IMG/VR virus record: IMGVR_UViG_3300017749_000005 | Location: 1 to 64,000 of that record | Source: a virus | Length of the DNA: 64,000 nucleotides | Strand: one strand, 5' to 3' | In this document: positions 37,583 to 47,871 of the stretch, one piece after another | Layout of the letters: every line of letters starts with the position of its first letter | How positions within the stretch are numbered: the first letter of the stretch is position 1 | Notes under the pieces: model-generated | Told to the model about the DNA's origin: nothing | Seen by the model: only the letters and a program-made list of their open reading frames with translations | The model's database searches: none | Made by a program: the position numbers and the translations under genes

Positions 37583-40021
37583 TTATTGTTTTAATAATTC
37601 GACCTCTGCTTTTAGATCGGTAATTTGTTGTGATAATTCTTGAATTGCTTTTGTAAGTACTGGAATCAAACTATTATCCATTATTGATTTATTGCCCTCA
37701 TGCCCACGAACTGCTTCTGGCAGTACCTCTTCAAGTTCTTGAGCAATAAAACCTATTTGTTTTACTTTAGATTTAGTTTCATCTTTCCAATAAAATCTTC
37801 TTGGTTTTAAACTATTTACTTCTGATAAACCATAGCTACTATCCTCTATATTTTTCTTGAATAATCGATCAGATGAGTTACCATGACCATTGTAGAAGGT
37901 TACATATCTACTTGCCTCACAAGCAAATGCTAGAGTATTACCCTGCATAAATAAAAATCGTCTTCCAACAGTACTTCCTCCAGATACTCTAGAGTAAAAA
38001 TATGTTTGAGTACTTGAGGCTGCTACTATGAAAGCTGATGAACTACCATCGGTTCTTTCTCCTTGAAAAATACAAGTACCACTATATCCTATGTGTATCG
38101 CTCTTGCTCCACTTCTAGTACTTATTGAACCTCCATATATGTAACCATCACTATCTGTCAATTTTATATAGTTAGCAGTTTGGAGTGTATATATATTACT
38201 AGTACTTGCTGGATCAACATAGTATCCAGTGTTATTTAAATCATACATAAGTCTTGGTCTTATTGATGACCCATCGTACTCAACATAATCACCACCCACG
38301 CACTTTATTCTCCAACTACTTCCTGAATTTAAAAAACCAAAATTACCACTCGTATCATAATATAAGATACCACGAACAGTAGAATTATGATTATCTCTAA
38401 GTTTAATACCTTGACCTCCAGCTCCTCCTCCTATGTTGAAATAACCCTGAGCATCACTGTACCAATGTGTTACAGTAGCTTGGTTGTATAAACCAGTGTT
38501 AGCGTTGTGGTTTCTAAGCCAAGAATGACTGTATATTTCAGTTCCTTGGATTATGTTTAAGCGTGAAGTACTATTTGCATCAATGTAATAGTTAGTATCG
38601 TTTGAGTCATAAAATATAGGGGCTCTTAGTGAAGAACTAGCTATTCCTATACTATTAATATTTATAGTGTTGTTTTCTCCTAGATACATTGTCTGAGTAC
38701 TACTATGACCATAGTAATGTTGTGATTGAGCAACATAAAATGATGTATCCCATCTTACAGCATTTACTTGATGATTTTTACCTGATCTAATCTTTAAAGT
38801 CTCAGTTAAAGAAGCAAAATCTCCATAATATGATGTATCATTTGAGTCGTAGAATATTGGAGCTCTGTAAGAGCCAATAGCATATCCATTTCCGCTAACA
38901 TCAAAACCACCAACGGTTTGTCCAGAAGTTGTATTGTAAAAATGAAATCCTGTTGTACCTAATAATTGAGATGAAGTTCTTATACCAACATACCATTGTG
39001 AACCGCTATTCCTGTAGTTCCACATGGCTTCATAATTACCATTAGAGTATACTTGAGGATATTGATGAACCCCAGTCTCATATAGTTGAAGTCCAGTTCC
39101 AGCACTTCCGCTACCTCCTGTTAAGGTTAAAGTACCACTCATTGTACCACCAGAGAGTGGTAGAGCGTAAGAGCTGTAGTTTCCAGTATGTATTGCGGTT
39201 TGTCCTGTGCCGCTTACATATATAGTTAACTCACCATTATTTGCTTTTTTTAAATCCCAGCCACCCCATTCGGATGCTAATAATCCGTAATGACCTCCTT
39301 CTCCATACAATTGCATTTTAAAAGTACCACCACTATCCTTTAATACAATTCCAGCTGCTCCTGTAGCTGCTGAAAGAACTTCAGCGTTGTTAGAGTTGTT
39401 ACCGTTACTTAATTTGTAACCATTACCCCAAGTTAAATCACCACTTAGAGTACCGTTAAAAGTATAGTTATTAGCACTAGCAGCTATACCATCTAGCTTG
39501 GTTTTTAATGTTGTCGTAAAGTTTTTCTGAGTTAAACCACCGTCACCAACTGCAATAGCAGATGTATAATGAGGTGCAGCAGTATTGGTAGCACCAGTGG
39601 CTATGCCATCTAATTTACCCTTTAACGTATTAGTAAAGTTGTTTTGTGTTAAACCACCATCACCAACAGAATATGTAGTGTTAGTATCTGTTGAACTTAT
39701 AGTACCGTTTGATGCAATTGCTATATTAGTTCCTGCTGTTAAAGCACCTATAGCTCTAGCGTTGGTAAAGAATAACTTATTACCCTCTGTTATATTAGTA
39801 GTATTTAGTGTTGGCATCGTAAAAGACATAACACCAGTGCTATTATTATAACTCAAAGATCCCGTTGCACTAATTGCAGCTCTAGCATTAGCAGTAGTAA
39901 AAAAAGTGTTTGTACTACCATCACCTATATGATCTAGTGTTATACCATGGCTACTATGCAAGTGACCTTGAGTTATCGAACCAGTCTCTATAAAATCTCC
40001 TGTTACTTTAGTTAATCCCAT
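37583..40021 (-). CDS. Tail fibre/spike protein with C-terminal S74-type intramolecular chaperone domain
   Basis: 812 aa. VGDGGLTQxNFTxTLKxKLDGIA occurs twice and the FYDSNDTxYY-type motif three times. The C-terminus SDRLFKKNI...IGFIAQELEEVLPEAV...coiled coil is the endosialidase-like autoproteolytic chaperone signature. Confidence 0.8.
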   Translation of the reverse strand: MGLTKVTGDFIETGSITQGHLHSSHGITLDHIGDGSTNTFFTTANARAAISATGSLSYNNSTGVMSFTMPTLNTTNITEGNKLFFTNARAIGALTAGTNIAIASNGTISSTDTNTTYSVGDGGLTQNNFTNTLKGKLDGIATGATNTAAPHYTSAIAVGDGGLTQKNFTTTLKTKLDGIAASANNYTFNGTLSGDLTWGNGYKLSNGNNSNNAEVLSAATGAAGIVLKDSGGTFKMQLYGEGGHYGLLASEWGGWDLKKANNGELTIYVSGTGQTAIHTGNYSSYALPLSGGTMSGTLTLTGGSGSAGTGLQLYETGVHQYPQVYSNGNYEAMWNYRNSGSQWYVGIRTSSQLLGTTGFHFYNTTSGQTVGGFDVSGNGYAIGSYRAPIFYDSNDTSYYGDFASLTETLKIRSGKNHQVNAVRWDTSFYVAQSQHYYGHSSTQTMYLGENNTININSIGIASSSLRAPIFYDSNDTNYYIDANSTSRLNIIQGTEIYSHSWLRNHNANTGLYNQATVTHWYSDAQGYFNIGGGAGGQGIKLRDNHNSTVRGILYYDTSGNFGFLNSGSSWRIKCVGGDYVEYDGSSIRPRLMYDLNNTGYYVDPASTSNIYTLQTANYIKLTDSDGYIYGGSISTRSGARAIHIGYSGTCIFQGERTDGSSSAFIVAASSTQTYFYSRVSGGSTVGRRFLFMQGNTLAFACEASRYVTFYNGHGNSSDRLFKKNIEDSSYGLSEVNSLKPRRFYWKDETKSKVKQIGFIAQELEEVLPEAVRGHEGNKSIMDNSLIPVLTKAIQELSQQITDLKAEVELLKQ

Positions 40022-42081
40022 TATCCTTCTAGTGTTTCAATTCTACTTTTTAAATCTTCTATTATGGTTTGTTGTTCTTGGATTGCTTTGGTTAAAATTG
40101 ACGTGATTTTATCGTAGTTAACTGCTTTGAGTTTGCTTAAATTATTTTCAGTAACAACCTCAGGAACAACCTTTTCTATTTCTTGAGCAACGAATCCAAT
40201 TTCTCTTGTTGTTCCGTAATCATTATCTATCCAATAAAAGGAAACTGGATTTAATTTTAAAACTTCGTTTATACCATAGTTTAAATTAGTAATATCTTTT
40301 TTCAAAGAAATATCTGATGATGCAGTTGTCAACATTCCCCCCGATGTTACATTTAAGGATGTTATAGAGCTAGATGCATAGTATGGTAAACTAATTGAAC
40401 CAGTATGATCCCAAGTTTGCAGATACCTTGAGTCTGTATAATTATACAATACAACCCTATTAGGTTCGTTATTTATGCCACACAAGTCGACACCGTTACT
40501 TCCATGACCTTGAAATAATACTCTTCCTGTGGCTATATCACCTCCATTAGCATTTATTGCAACACCAGAATAATTTTTACCACCTGCATTTGATGCATAA
40601 TTGTTTGCACTAAAATGTAATTTAGCAGTAGGTGAAGTAATTCCAATACCCACGTTTGCATCATTTTTTACAAATAATCCTGTACCACTATTTGTATATA
40701 CCGCAAAGGAAAATGCATTAGATGAGTTAGCAGTTGTGTCTATCGAAACTCCATATGGACCAGTACCAGTATTAATAAACTGAGCTGTCCACTCAGAATT
40801 TGCACTTTGAAGAACTCTAAATTTAGTTGTGTTAGTTCCAGTACCTATAGCCACTTGCCCACCCGAAGCAATGCGCATTTTTTCACTTCCTCCAGCCCAA
40901 AATACCCAATCTTGTGGAGAATCTAAATAACCATGTTGCGCTCCTGATATATAAATACCATCATAACCTACTTTAGTTGATCTATTAAAATTAGTATCAT
41001 ACCAATTTTGTATTCCACCTATAACTTGTAGTTTTTGAGTTCCACTTCCTGTTGTGTTTACTTTGACTACACCCCCCGATGAGATGGTGAGTTTTGGAGT
41101 TGCACTTGCTCCTGCTGCATTTGTTGCAAATACTAAAGCTTGCCCATTACTTCCACTAGTATTTTTAGCAGAGATATATGAATATCTACCCGTACTTATA
41201 ATATCATTTGTGTGAGCAGCAAACGCTAATCTAACTTCTGTATTAGTTGTAGTTGATTTATTAACTAAAAAAGCAGCAACTTCTGCATTTCCTGCATTTG
41301 TTGTTGTATGTATTTGTAACTTAGAACTAGGCGAAGTAGTTCCAATACCCACATTGCCGTTATTGAAGTTGAATTTAGTTGCATAAAACTCCATCGGTAT
41401 ATTAGCAGTAACAGCATCATTAACAGCATTAAGTCTTACAGCTGTATTGTCTGCAACACCAGTTGATATTGAAAAGTTAATATTGGTTCCTGATTTTACT
41501 TGCAATGGGTATTGTGGAACAGTAGTTCCAATACCCACGTTGCCAATGCTACTTATAACTAAGTCAGTATTAAATGCAGAGTTATATGAGTTTCCTAAAT
41601 ACAGATAATTACCTGCATCATTCCATTTTAAAAACCCAGCACCACCACCACCTGTACTTTCACCTATCCAAATTTCAGCGTTTGCACTTACTACGTTTAT
41701 ATTACCGTTAAAGTTAGCACGACCACTAAAAGTCTTTACACCACCAATCGTCTGATTACCAACAGTATAAACACCGTTAGTTACAGTTCCTGCGTTACCA
41801 GATATAGTTGTTTGATCACCTGTGTTTGTACCGCTTTGCCCTACAAGATATGTTTGATCTATAGCTGTACCATTCCATACACCACTTGATATTGTACCTA
41901 ACTCAGTAATATCTAATGCATTGATTCTTGCTAGTGTTTCATCACCTGTATTTGTACCACTCTGACCAACTAAATAAGTTTGGTTAATAGCAGTTCCTTG
42001 CCACACACCAGTACTTATTGTACCCACTGTAGTTACTCCACTTGAATCTAATATACGTGATGTTATTTTAGTTAATGCCAT
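40021..42081 (-). CDS. Tail fibre protein with C-terminal S74-type intramolecular chaperone domain
   Basis: 686 aa. There is an N-terminal ~39-aa internal duplication (GTISxGVWxGTAIxQTYLVGQSGTNTGD, twice). The C-terminus is SDISLKKDI...IGFVAQEIEKVVPEVV...coiled coil. Confidence 0.8.
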   Translation of the reverse strand: MALTKITSRILDSSGVTTVGTISTGVWQGTAINQTYLVGQSGTNTGDETLARINALDITELGTISSGVWNGTAIDQTYLVGQSGTNTGDQTTISGNAGTVTNGVYTVGNQTIGGVKTFSGRANFNGNINVVSANAEIWIGESTGGGGAGFLKWNDAGNYLYLGNSYNSAFNTDLVISSIGNVGIGTTVPQYPLQVKSGTNINFSISTGVADNTAVRLNAVNDAVTANIPMEFYATKFNFNNGNVGIGTTSPSSKLQIHTTTNAGNAEVAAFLVNKSTTTNTEVRLAFAAHTNDIISTGRYSYISAKNTSGSNGQALVFATNAAGASATPKLTISSGGVVKVNTTGSGTQKLQVIGGIQNWYDTNFNRSTKVGYDGIYISGAQHGYLDSPQDWVFWAGGSEKMRIASGGQVAIGTGTNTTKFRVLQSANSEWTAQFINTGTGPYGVSIDTTANSSNAFSFAVYTNSGTGLFVKNDANVGIGITSPTAKLHFSANNYASNAGGKNYSGVAINANGGDIATGRVLFQGHGSNGVDLCGINNEPNRVVLYNYTDSRYLQTWDHTGSISLPYYASSSITSLNVTSGGMLTTASSDISLKKDITNLNYGINEVLKLNPVSFYWIDNDYGTTREIGFVAQEIEKVVPEVVTENNLSKLKAVNYDKITSILTKAIQEQQTIIEDLKSRIETLEG

Positions 42082-42091
42082 GTTTTATTTT

Positions 42092-44788
42092 TTAACCTAT
42101 TTTTACAGCTACCCAACTATTACCATTTTCCATTATTTTCCATACTTTTCCAACTGATATTTTATATTGTTCAAAAGTTGGATTAGTAACTGCTTCACCA
42201 GTTATTTTTCCATCAGAAGATGCTACTGGAATTATGTAATCTCCTACACTTGCACCTGTTACATTACAAGGAACTTGACCAGAAAAAGCGACTCTATCTA
42301 CTTTAATTCTTGCTTCTTCTATATCATCTTCATCTTCACTTTCTATACCCCAAATATCACCTCCAACAAAAGATGGATCTGTTGATTTAATAACAAAAGA
42401 AATAGCATCACTAAAAATATTAGTTAATAAACAATCAGAGTTAATACCTACAACATCACCTTTACTTATATCATCAGTAATGGCTTTTGTCATGTATTCA
42501 GCATAGTCATTTCCACTTACATTAACAGTTCCTGCCGCACTAATAGATCTAGATGTTGAATTAGTTCCTCCTATTTTTAAACAAGTAGCAGGAGTATTGT
42601 TATAGCCCATATCACTTGCTTGAACTACTAAACTAAATCTTCCTGTTGTTGATGACCCAGCATATAAAATTCCACCATTAACAGAAGCACCTTTATTAAA
42701 ATAATGTGTACCAGTTATGTCAGATGCTGAACCACCTATAATATTACCATTTGATACAAAAAGTTTACCTGTTTTTACGTCTACGTCACCCCCCGATGTG
42801 ATGCGCATTTTTTCAGAACCTTTTATATTAATTCTAAGATCAGCACCCGCACCCCCTTGCCCACCATCATCAACACCAATGTATAATCCATCTCCTTGAT
42901 TTCTTATATTATGATAATAAGATTGTCCCGTTTGTCCAAGTATTAAACCCGATGTACTTGTTGCTATTATTGTAGTTTCACCAGTAGATGAGATGAGAAG
43001 TTTTCTAACTCCTCCGTTGGTTCTAAATTCGTGTGTATCACTATCAATATATAAAATTTGACCCGATGTGTTTATTATTCTAGCATAACTTGATTGTCCA
43101 AACAACAAAGCACTTGTTGTGCCATTACCTTTTAACGTAACATCACCCCCCGATGAGATGACAAGTTTTGCTGATCTACCTGTAACATTATTTGAAGGTG
43201 ATGTAAATGTTGCTACCTCCCAACCATTATCGGTAACCAACATACCAAAATTATTATTACCAGTACTACTACCATCACCGAGTCCTCTGGTTAATTTTAT
43301 TCCGCTATACCATCCTGCTGAAGATTTTGTAACTAAAAAAGTATTATTACCCGTACCACTACCTACTTCAATCAAACTTGATCCTCCAACTTTAAATTGT
43401 TCAGAACCATTAGTTGTTTGAACTACAAACCTACCAGCATTATCTGCTCTTAACTGCCAATCAGTAGATGTGTTGTTTAGTTGTATGTATTTTGTATCTG
43501 CTAGGCTTACATTACCACTAAAAGTAGCAGCGCCCGTCCCACTATTTACTCGAAAGTATTCCACCGTGCCACCGCTATTTGATACACTAAATAATGGATA
43601 ATTGTTTGCAGGACTTGATGCATCTTTTATTCGTAATCCATACGGATTAGTTCCGTTTGTATTTTGAAATTCAGCAATAAAATCAGTACTTGATTTACTA
43701 ACGGATAATTTACTATTAATAGTTAAGTTTCCCGTTAAAGTTCCACCCGCTAATGGAAGTTTAGTAGCTATAGAGTTTGTTACCGTTGTACTGAAGTTAG
43801 CATCGTCACCTAAAGCTGCAGCTAGTTCATTTAACGTATTTAGTGCGGCAGGTGATGAATCTACTATATTAGAAATACCTGTAGTTACAAAAGCAGTTGT
43901 TGCTAACTGTGTAGTATTAGTTCCTGCTGATGCTGTAGGTGCAGCTGGGACACCTGTAAAGGTTGGTCCAGCTAGATTTGCTTTTAAAGCTAAAGCATCA
44001 AACACAGCATTTTGTGATGGTGCTATAGCGGTAGTACCATTATTAATAGCATCTGCTACCTTAGCATCTGTATAAGCTGTTGTTGATATTTTAGTTGAGT
44101 TATTACCTGCTGACTGAGTAGTAGCGGTTGTGGCGGTATTTATAGTACCGTTGAGATCTCCAAGAAAAGTTGTTGCTGATAATGTACCATCAGCGGCTAC
44201 AACAGTATCAAATGTTATAACCTCTATATCAGATCCTGAGGGTGGAGCTGAAGAAAATTGTAAGGTTGTTCCGGATATAGAATAAGTATCTTTGTGTTGA
44301 TAAACACCGTTTATGTAAACTTGTGTAACCTTTTCATCTGAAACAGTTTGTGATAATGTAAAGTTTTGACCGCTAGTACCAGATATAGCGTCACCAGGTA
44401 CAAATTCATCTAACTTAATTACAGCTGTAGCATTACTAGCTATTGCAGTTGCAAAAGTAATGACTTCTACTTTAGATCCTACATCTAAACCAGTATCAAA
44501 TGTTAACGTAGTACCACTAACAGTGTAACCTGCTTTAGCCTGGTATGCACCATCTATATATACTTGCGTTTTGTTTTCTGCATCAACAGTATTACTTAAT
44601 GTAAAAGCAGTTTGATTAGCTGTAGCTGTAAATTGATCGTCATGGATGACTGTAGCTCCAGATCCTGCTTGAACCCAATTAGTACCTGAACCAGTTGATG
44701 ATAATACTTGGCCGCTAGCACCTAAGTCACCACTAGAGTCTTTTAACCCAGCTGTTGGGTGTATGTCACTTAAAAACTTTTGAGCCAT
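42092..44788 (-). CDS. Tail fibre protein with C-terminal Peptidase_G2-like intramolecular chaperone domain
   Basis: 898 aa. The N-terminus has GQVLSSTGSGTNWV. The C-terminus SGNDYAEYM...VGDYIIP..GKITG resembles the phi29 pre-neck-appendage type IMC domain. Confidence 0.65.
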   Translation of the reverse strand: MAQKFLSDIHPTAGLKDSSGDLGASGQVLSSTGSGTNWVQAGSGATVIHDDQFTATANQTAFTLSNTVDAENKTQVYIDGAYQAKAGYTVSGTTLTFDTGLDVGSKVEVITFATAIASNATAVIKLDEFVPGDAISGTSGQNFTLSQTVSDEKVTQVYINGVYQHKDTYSISGTTLQFSSAPPSGSDIEVITFDTVVAADGTLSATTFLGDLNGTINTATTATTQSAGNNSTKISTTAYTDAKVADAINNGTTAIAPSQNAVFDALALKANLAGPTFTGVPAAPTASAGTNTTQLATTAFVTTGISNIVDSSPAALNTLNELAAALGDDANFSTTVTNSIATKLPLAGGTLTGNLTINSKLSVSKSSTDFIAEFQNTNGTNPYGLRIKDASSPANNYPLFSVSNSGGTVEYFRVNSGTGAATFSGNVSLADTKYIQLNNTSTDWQLRADNAGRFVVQTTNGSEQFKVGGSSLIEVGSGTGNNTFLVTKSSAGWYSGIKLTRGLGDGSSTGNNNFGMLVTDNGWEVATFTSPSNNVTGRSAKLVISSGGDVTLKGNGTTSALLFGQSSYARIINTSGQILYIDSDTHEFRTNGGVRKLLISSTGETTIIATSTSGLILGQTGQSYYHNIRNQGDGLYIGVDDGGQGGAGADLRINIKGSEKMRITSGGDVDVKTGKLFVSNGNIIGGSASDITGTHYFNKGASVNGGILYAGSSTTGRFSLVVQASDMGYNNTPATCLKIGGTNSTSRSISAAGTVNVSGNDYAEYMTKAITDDISKGDVVGINSDCLLTNIFSDAISFVIKSTDPSFVGGDIWGIESEDEDDIEEARIKVDRVAFSGQVPCNVTGASVGDYIIPVASSDGKITGEAVTNPTFEQYKISVGKVWKIMENGNSWVAVKIG

Positions 44789-44798
44789 ATTATTTTAT

Positions 44799-45992
44799 TT
44801 ATGCTACTTTGATTATAAGCACTCTAATATCATTACTTGTTGGTGCTACTGCAAAACTTACAGTAACAACATTAGTGCTTGTTCTAACTACATCAGCAAT
44901 AACAGTGTCGTGAGTGCTATTGTCGTACAACTGAACAATAACAGATTCTGTACCCAGATTATGAGTTACAGTATATGATGCGTTTGAACCATCACCTATA
45001 TCTGTGGCAAACGTGTGATTACTTAATGAAGAAACAGTACCAGTAACATCTCCAGTAACATCTCCAGTAACGTCTCCAGTTAAATCACCAGTTACATTTC
45101 CCGTTAAGTTACCTGTTACGTTTCCAGTTACGTTTCCAGTTACATTTCCCGTTACGTTTCCAGTATGGACTCCGCTTGTGTTACCAGTTATATTACCAGT
45201 AACGTTACCTGTTAAATTTCCTGTAACATCACCTGTTACATCCCCTGTTATATTACCAGTAACATCTCCAGTGACATCACCAGTTAAGTTACCATGAAAT
45301 GACGTAGCTTGTAAAGGTTTATTAGCTGTTAACTTTGATGTAGAGTTTATCCAAGTAAACGTAGGTGTAGTGCCTGAACTCCAAGCACCAAAAGTCAATC
45401 CTGCCCCATCTGCGGCAGATGCTGTTGTTGCATTTTTACCTACAGTAATATTTAAATCTTCAACATCTAATGTTGCTGTGTTTAAAGTTGTTGTAGTTCC
45501 AGAAACAGTTAAGTTTCCATCAACAATAACACTTCCTCTAAAATTAACTATATCACCTGCATCAGCACCTATAGTTATAGTTTCATCTGCTGATCCACTT
45601 GAAGATTCAAGACTATTTAACAAACTTAATATATCTGAGTTGGCAACAGTTACTTCAACTGTGTTGGCTGTACCATGACCTAATGTTATACCACTTCCTC
45701 CAGTTATAGTAAAAGTTGGAGTTTTAGGTACTCCATCTTCATTTAAAGTTAAAACACCATTTGAACTACTAAAAGAATAAGTTGCACCTACTTTTATGAA
45801 AGTGCTACCATTGTATATTTTAAGTTTATTTTCACTAGTATTGTAATAAACTTGACCAACTTGAAAAGCTGAGCCAATACCATCATTAGCTGATGGATTA
45901 CTAGATCTTGGATGAATTACTGAATTGTTTATAAAAGACTTTTCTACGGAATTTCCATTTAAGTCTATATTAGATAAATATTTTAACGCCAT
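44799..45992 (-). CDS. Fibre-like protein containing 21 tandem G-[DN]-[VLI]-T tetrapeptide repeats
   Basis: 397 aa. The N-terminus MALKYLSNIDLNGN is similar in style to neighbouring fibre N-termini. The repeat block is GNLTGDVTGDVTGNIT...GDVTGDVTG. Confidence 0.65.
   Translation of the reverse strand: MALKYLSNIDLNGNSVEKSFINNSVIHPRSSNPSANDGIGSAFQVGQVYYNTSENKLKIYNGSTFIKVGATYSFSSSNGVLTLNEDGVPKTPTFTITGGSGITLGHGTANTVEVTVANSDILSLLNSLESSSGSADETITIGADAGDIVNFRGSVIVDGNLTVSGTTTTLNTATLDVEDLNITVGKNATTASAADGAGLTFGAWSSGTTPTFTWINSTSKLTANKPLQATSFHGNLTGDVTGDVTGNITGDVTGDVTGNLTGNVTGNITGNTSGVHTGNVTGNVTGNVTGNVTGNLTGNVTGDLTGDVTGDVTGDVTGTVSSLSNHTFATDIGDGSNASYTVTHNLGTESVIVQLYDNSTHDTVIADVVRTSTNVVTVSFAVAPTSNDIRVLIIKVA
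45042..45293 (-). repeat. 21 tandem copies of a 12-bp in-frame repeat (coding for GxVT)
   Basis: Read directly from the sequence: AGTAACATCTCC / AGTTACGTTTCC variants run head to tail, with two degenerate units (GNTS, GVHT) in the middle. Confidence 0.9.
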
Positions 45993-45998
45993 ATTCTT

Positions 45999-46727
45999 TT
46001 AGTTTATATAAGCAACACCTCTTATAGGTGAAGCAAATTTTATAGTTAATTGATTAATGCTATTGTATGTAACTTCACCAATAACTAAATCACCGTCTAC
46101 TTCGTTAGCAGTAGGGTCGCATTCCACTATTGAAACGCTTGGATACTTACCCATGTTGTGATTAACTGTCCACGTATTGCTAGAAGAGCTCTGAGTGTGG
46201 AGTATGTTTTTATCACCGGCTGAAAGTACACTAATTGAATATGATTTTAAATTATTTAAATTTCCGTTGCTACTAGCGTGAGTTAATGATAAATCATAAA
46301 AATTAGTTTCGCTAGAATCTTGAGTTATTGCTGTTACGTTATAAACGCCAAACTGATCTTGATCTTCTGTATCAGCTATTATTACATTAGCATCTAAAAA
46401 AGTGTTTATGAAGTTTACAGCAGGGTTATCAAAACCGTTAGGAAATTTACTTATTTTTACTGTTGTTATACTGGATAAAGCCACAACAGAAGCTCCACCA
46501 GAACTAAAACTTATAGTACCAGGTTGTCTAAAACCCGTACCGTTAAATGAGTTATCATGATAAACATAAACAATTTGACCTCCTACACCACCAGAATTTG
46601 TAGCTCGAAGATATTTACTTATATCACTAAGCTGAAAATTCTTCGTAGCACCTCCAGAATTAGATCCTATAAACTTATCTGTTTTTTCTACAGTAGTATC
46701 ACTTACATAGGTTGATATTCTAGCCAT
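45999..46727 (-). CDS. 242-aa fibre-module protein sharing the MARISTY N-terminal domain with 51057..53696
   Basis: The N-terminus MARISTYVSDTTVEKTDKFIGSNSGG..KNFQLSDISKYL aligns with MARISTYIRDIEISADDIVIGSEYNG..KNYRMSDLQEFF of the 879-aa fibre. Confidence 0.6.
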   Translation of the reverse strand: MARISTYVSDTTVEKTDKFIGSNSGGATKNFQLSDISKYLRATNSGGVGGQIVYVYHDNSFNGTGFRQPGTISFSSGGASVVALSSITTVKISKFPNGFDNPAVNFINTFLDANVIIADTEDQDQFGVYNVTAITQDSSETNFYDLSLTHASSNGNLNNLKSYSISVLSAGDKNILHTQSSSSNTWTVNHNMGKYPSVSIVECDPTANEVDGDLVIGEVTYNSINQLTIKFASPIRGVAYIN

Positions 46728-46733
46728 TTAGTT

Positions 46734-47180
46734 TTATTTTGCGCTTGTTCCGTAATAATAAGCAAAGATGTTACTTATAACAACACCTTCTACCATACCC
46801 ATAAGATGAACAAACAAATCGTTATCAGTTACAGTAGGTACATACACAACCGCATATATTATAAAAGCAAATGACATTAAACCAACTATTCCGGTTAATG
46901 TCATCATAAAGTCTTTCTTGCCAGTTTTAGCAACTTCTATTTCCCTATTTCTAGCAGAGTCTCTATCAGCTACTTCTAGTTTATACATTTCAGCGTGTTG
47001 CTTGTGTAATACTTTTTTATCTTCAACAGATATCTTAGGATCACTATCTATCATTTTACCTACCATACTAAGTACTCCAGCATCTGGTAATAGATCACCT
47101 GCAACATCCAATATCTTAGGTGCTAAACTTTTCAGCAATCCACCTAATTTAGTATCTTTAAATTTTTTCTTTTCGCTCAT
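46734..47180 (-). CDS. Membrane protein, holin candidate (amphipathic N-terminus plus two C-terminal TM helices)
   Basis: 148 aa. The TM segments are LTGIVGLMSFAFIIYAVVYV and MGMVEGVVISNIFAYYY. The layout is reminiscent of 3TM/GTA-type holins. It is coupled by an ATGA overlap to the upstream gene. Confidence 0.4.
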   Translation of the reverse strand: MSEKKKFKDTKLGGLLKSLAPKILDVAGDLLPDAGVLSMVGKMIDSDPKISVEDKKVLHKQHAEMYKLEVADRDSARNREIEVAKTGKKDFMMTLTGIVGLMSFAFIIYAVVYVPTVTDNDLFVHLMGMVEGVVISNIFAYYYGTSAK

Positions 47181-47617
47181 CTATCTTTGTCTTTTATCAT
47201 ATCATCTATGGCTTTATTCATAACCTTATCTGTATATGATTTATTTTTATGAAAAACACTTCTATCTGAAAAAGGTAAGTCTTCCTCTGCTAAAAGTATC
47301 CTGTAAATTCTACTTATCACTTGACTGCATTTAAATGAAGTTTTAAATATACTATACTTTATAGTAGTTCTATTACGTTGTCTCCATACTTCAATCCAGC
47401 CTTGCCGCTTTAACCTTTCCCACCGATGCTTATCCCACGTATAAGTATAAATACCATCCATAAACTCATTACGAGTAAATCTACCTTTACAGTCTAAATA
47501 TATAAGTAACTCTAAATCAGCGTCTTTTAAACCATAAGTCTTACAAGCCCATTTTCTAACAAGCCTATAATACTTAAGTAAATTAATTTCACGTATATCT
47601 GATGAGTTTAACTTCAT
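47177..47617 (-). CDS. Hypothetical 146-aa protein (possible winged-helix)
   Basis: Coupled by ATGA overlaps on both sides (groES upstream, TM protein downstream). No firm motif. Confidence 0.45.
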   Translation of the reverse strand: MKLNSSDIREINLLKYYRLVRKWACKTYGLKDADLELLIYLDCKGRFTRNEFMDGIYTYTWDKHRWERLKRQGWIEVWRQRNRTTIKYSIFKTSFKCSQVISRIYRILLAEEDLPFSDRSVFHKNKSYTDKVMNKAIDDMIKDKDR

Positions 47618-47871
47618 TCAACTAAAACAACGTCCGATATTTTTATTACTTTATATAACTTGTCTTTATAGTCAATACCGTGACCCGCATGCTTATCGTA
47701 GAATACGATATCGGATTTTTCAATACCTTCTACCTTATCTCCACAACTTATTATTCTAGCTTTAATGTATCTATTATCTACATCTGTTTTTTCAGTAAAT
47801 ATAAGTCCAGCAATTTTTTTTTGCTTTTCTTTTATATCATCTACTATAAGGTAATAATTAATCGCTTTCAT
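47614..47871 (-). CDS. groES: Co-chaperonin GroES (Cpn10) homologue
   Basis: 85 aa. YYLIVDDIKEKQKKIAGLIF..ARIISCGDKV..SDIVFYDKHAG..YKVIKISDVVLV follows the Cpn10 pattern (mobile-loop region, then the VGD-type hairpin). It overlaps the groEL stop by 14 nt. Confidence 0.75.
   Translation of the reverse strand: MKAINYYLIVDDIKEKQKKIAGLIFTEKTDVDNRYIKARIISCGDKVEGIEKSDIVFYDKHAGHGIDYKDKLYKVIKISDVVLVE

Noticed and set aside
45042-45293. 12-bp tandem array as a CRISPR-like or non-coding satellite
   Set aside because: There are no spacers. The units are in frame within a long ORF and encode a regular tetrapeptide, so this is a coding repeat.
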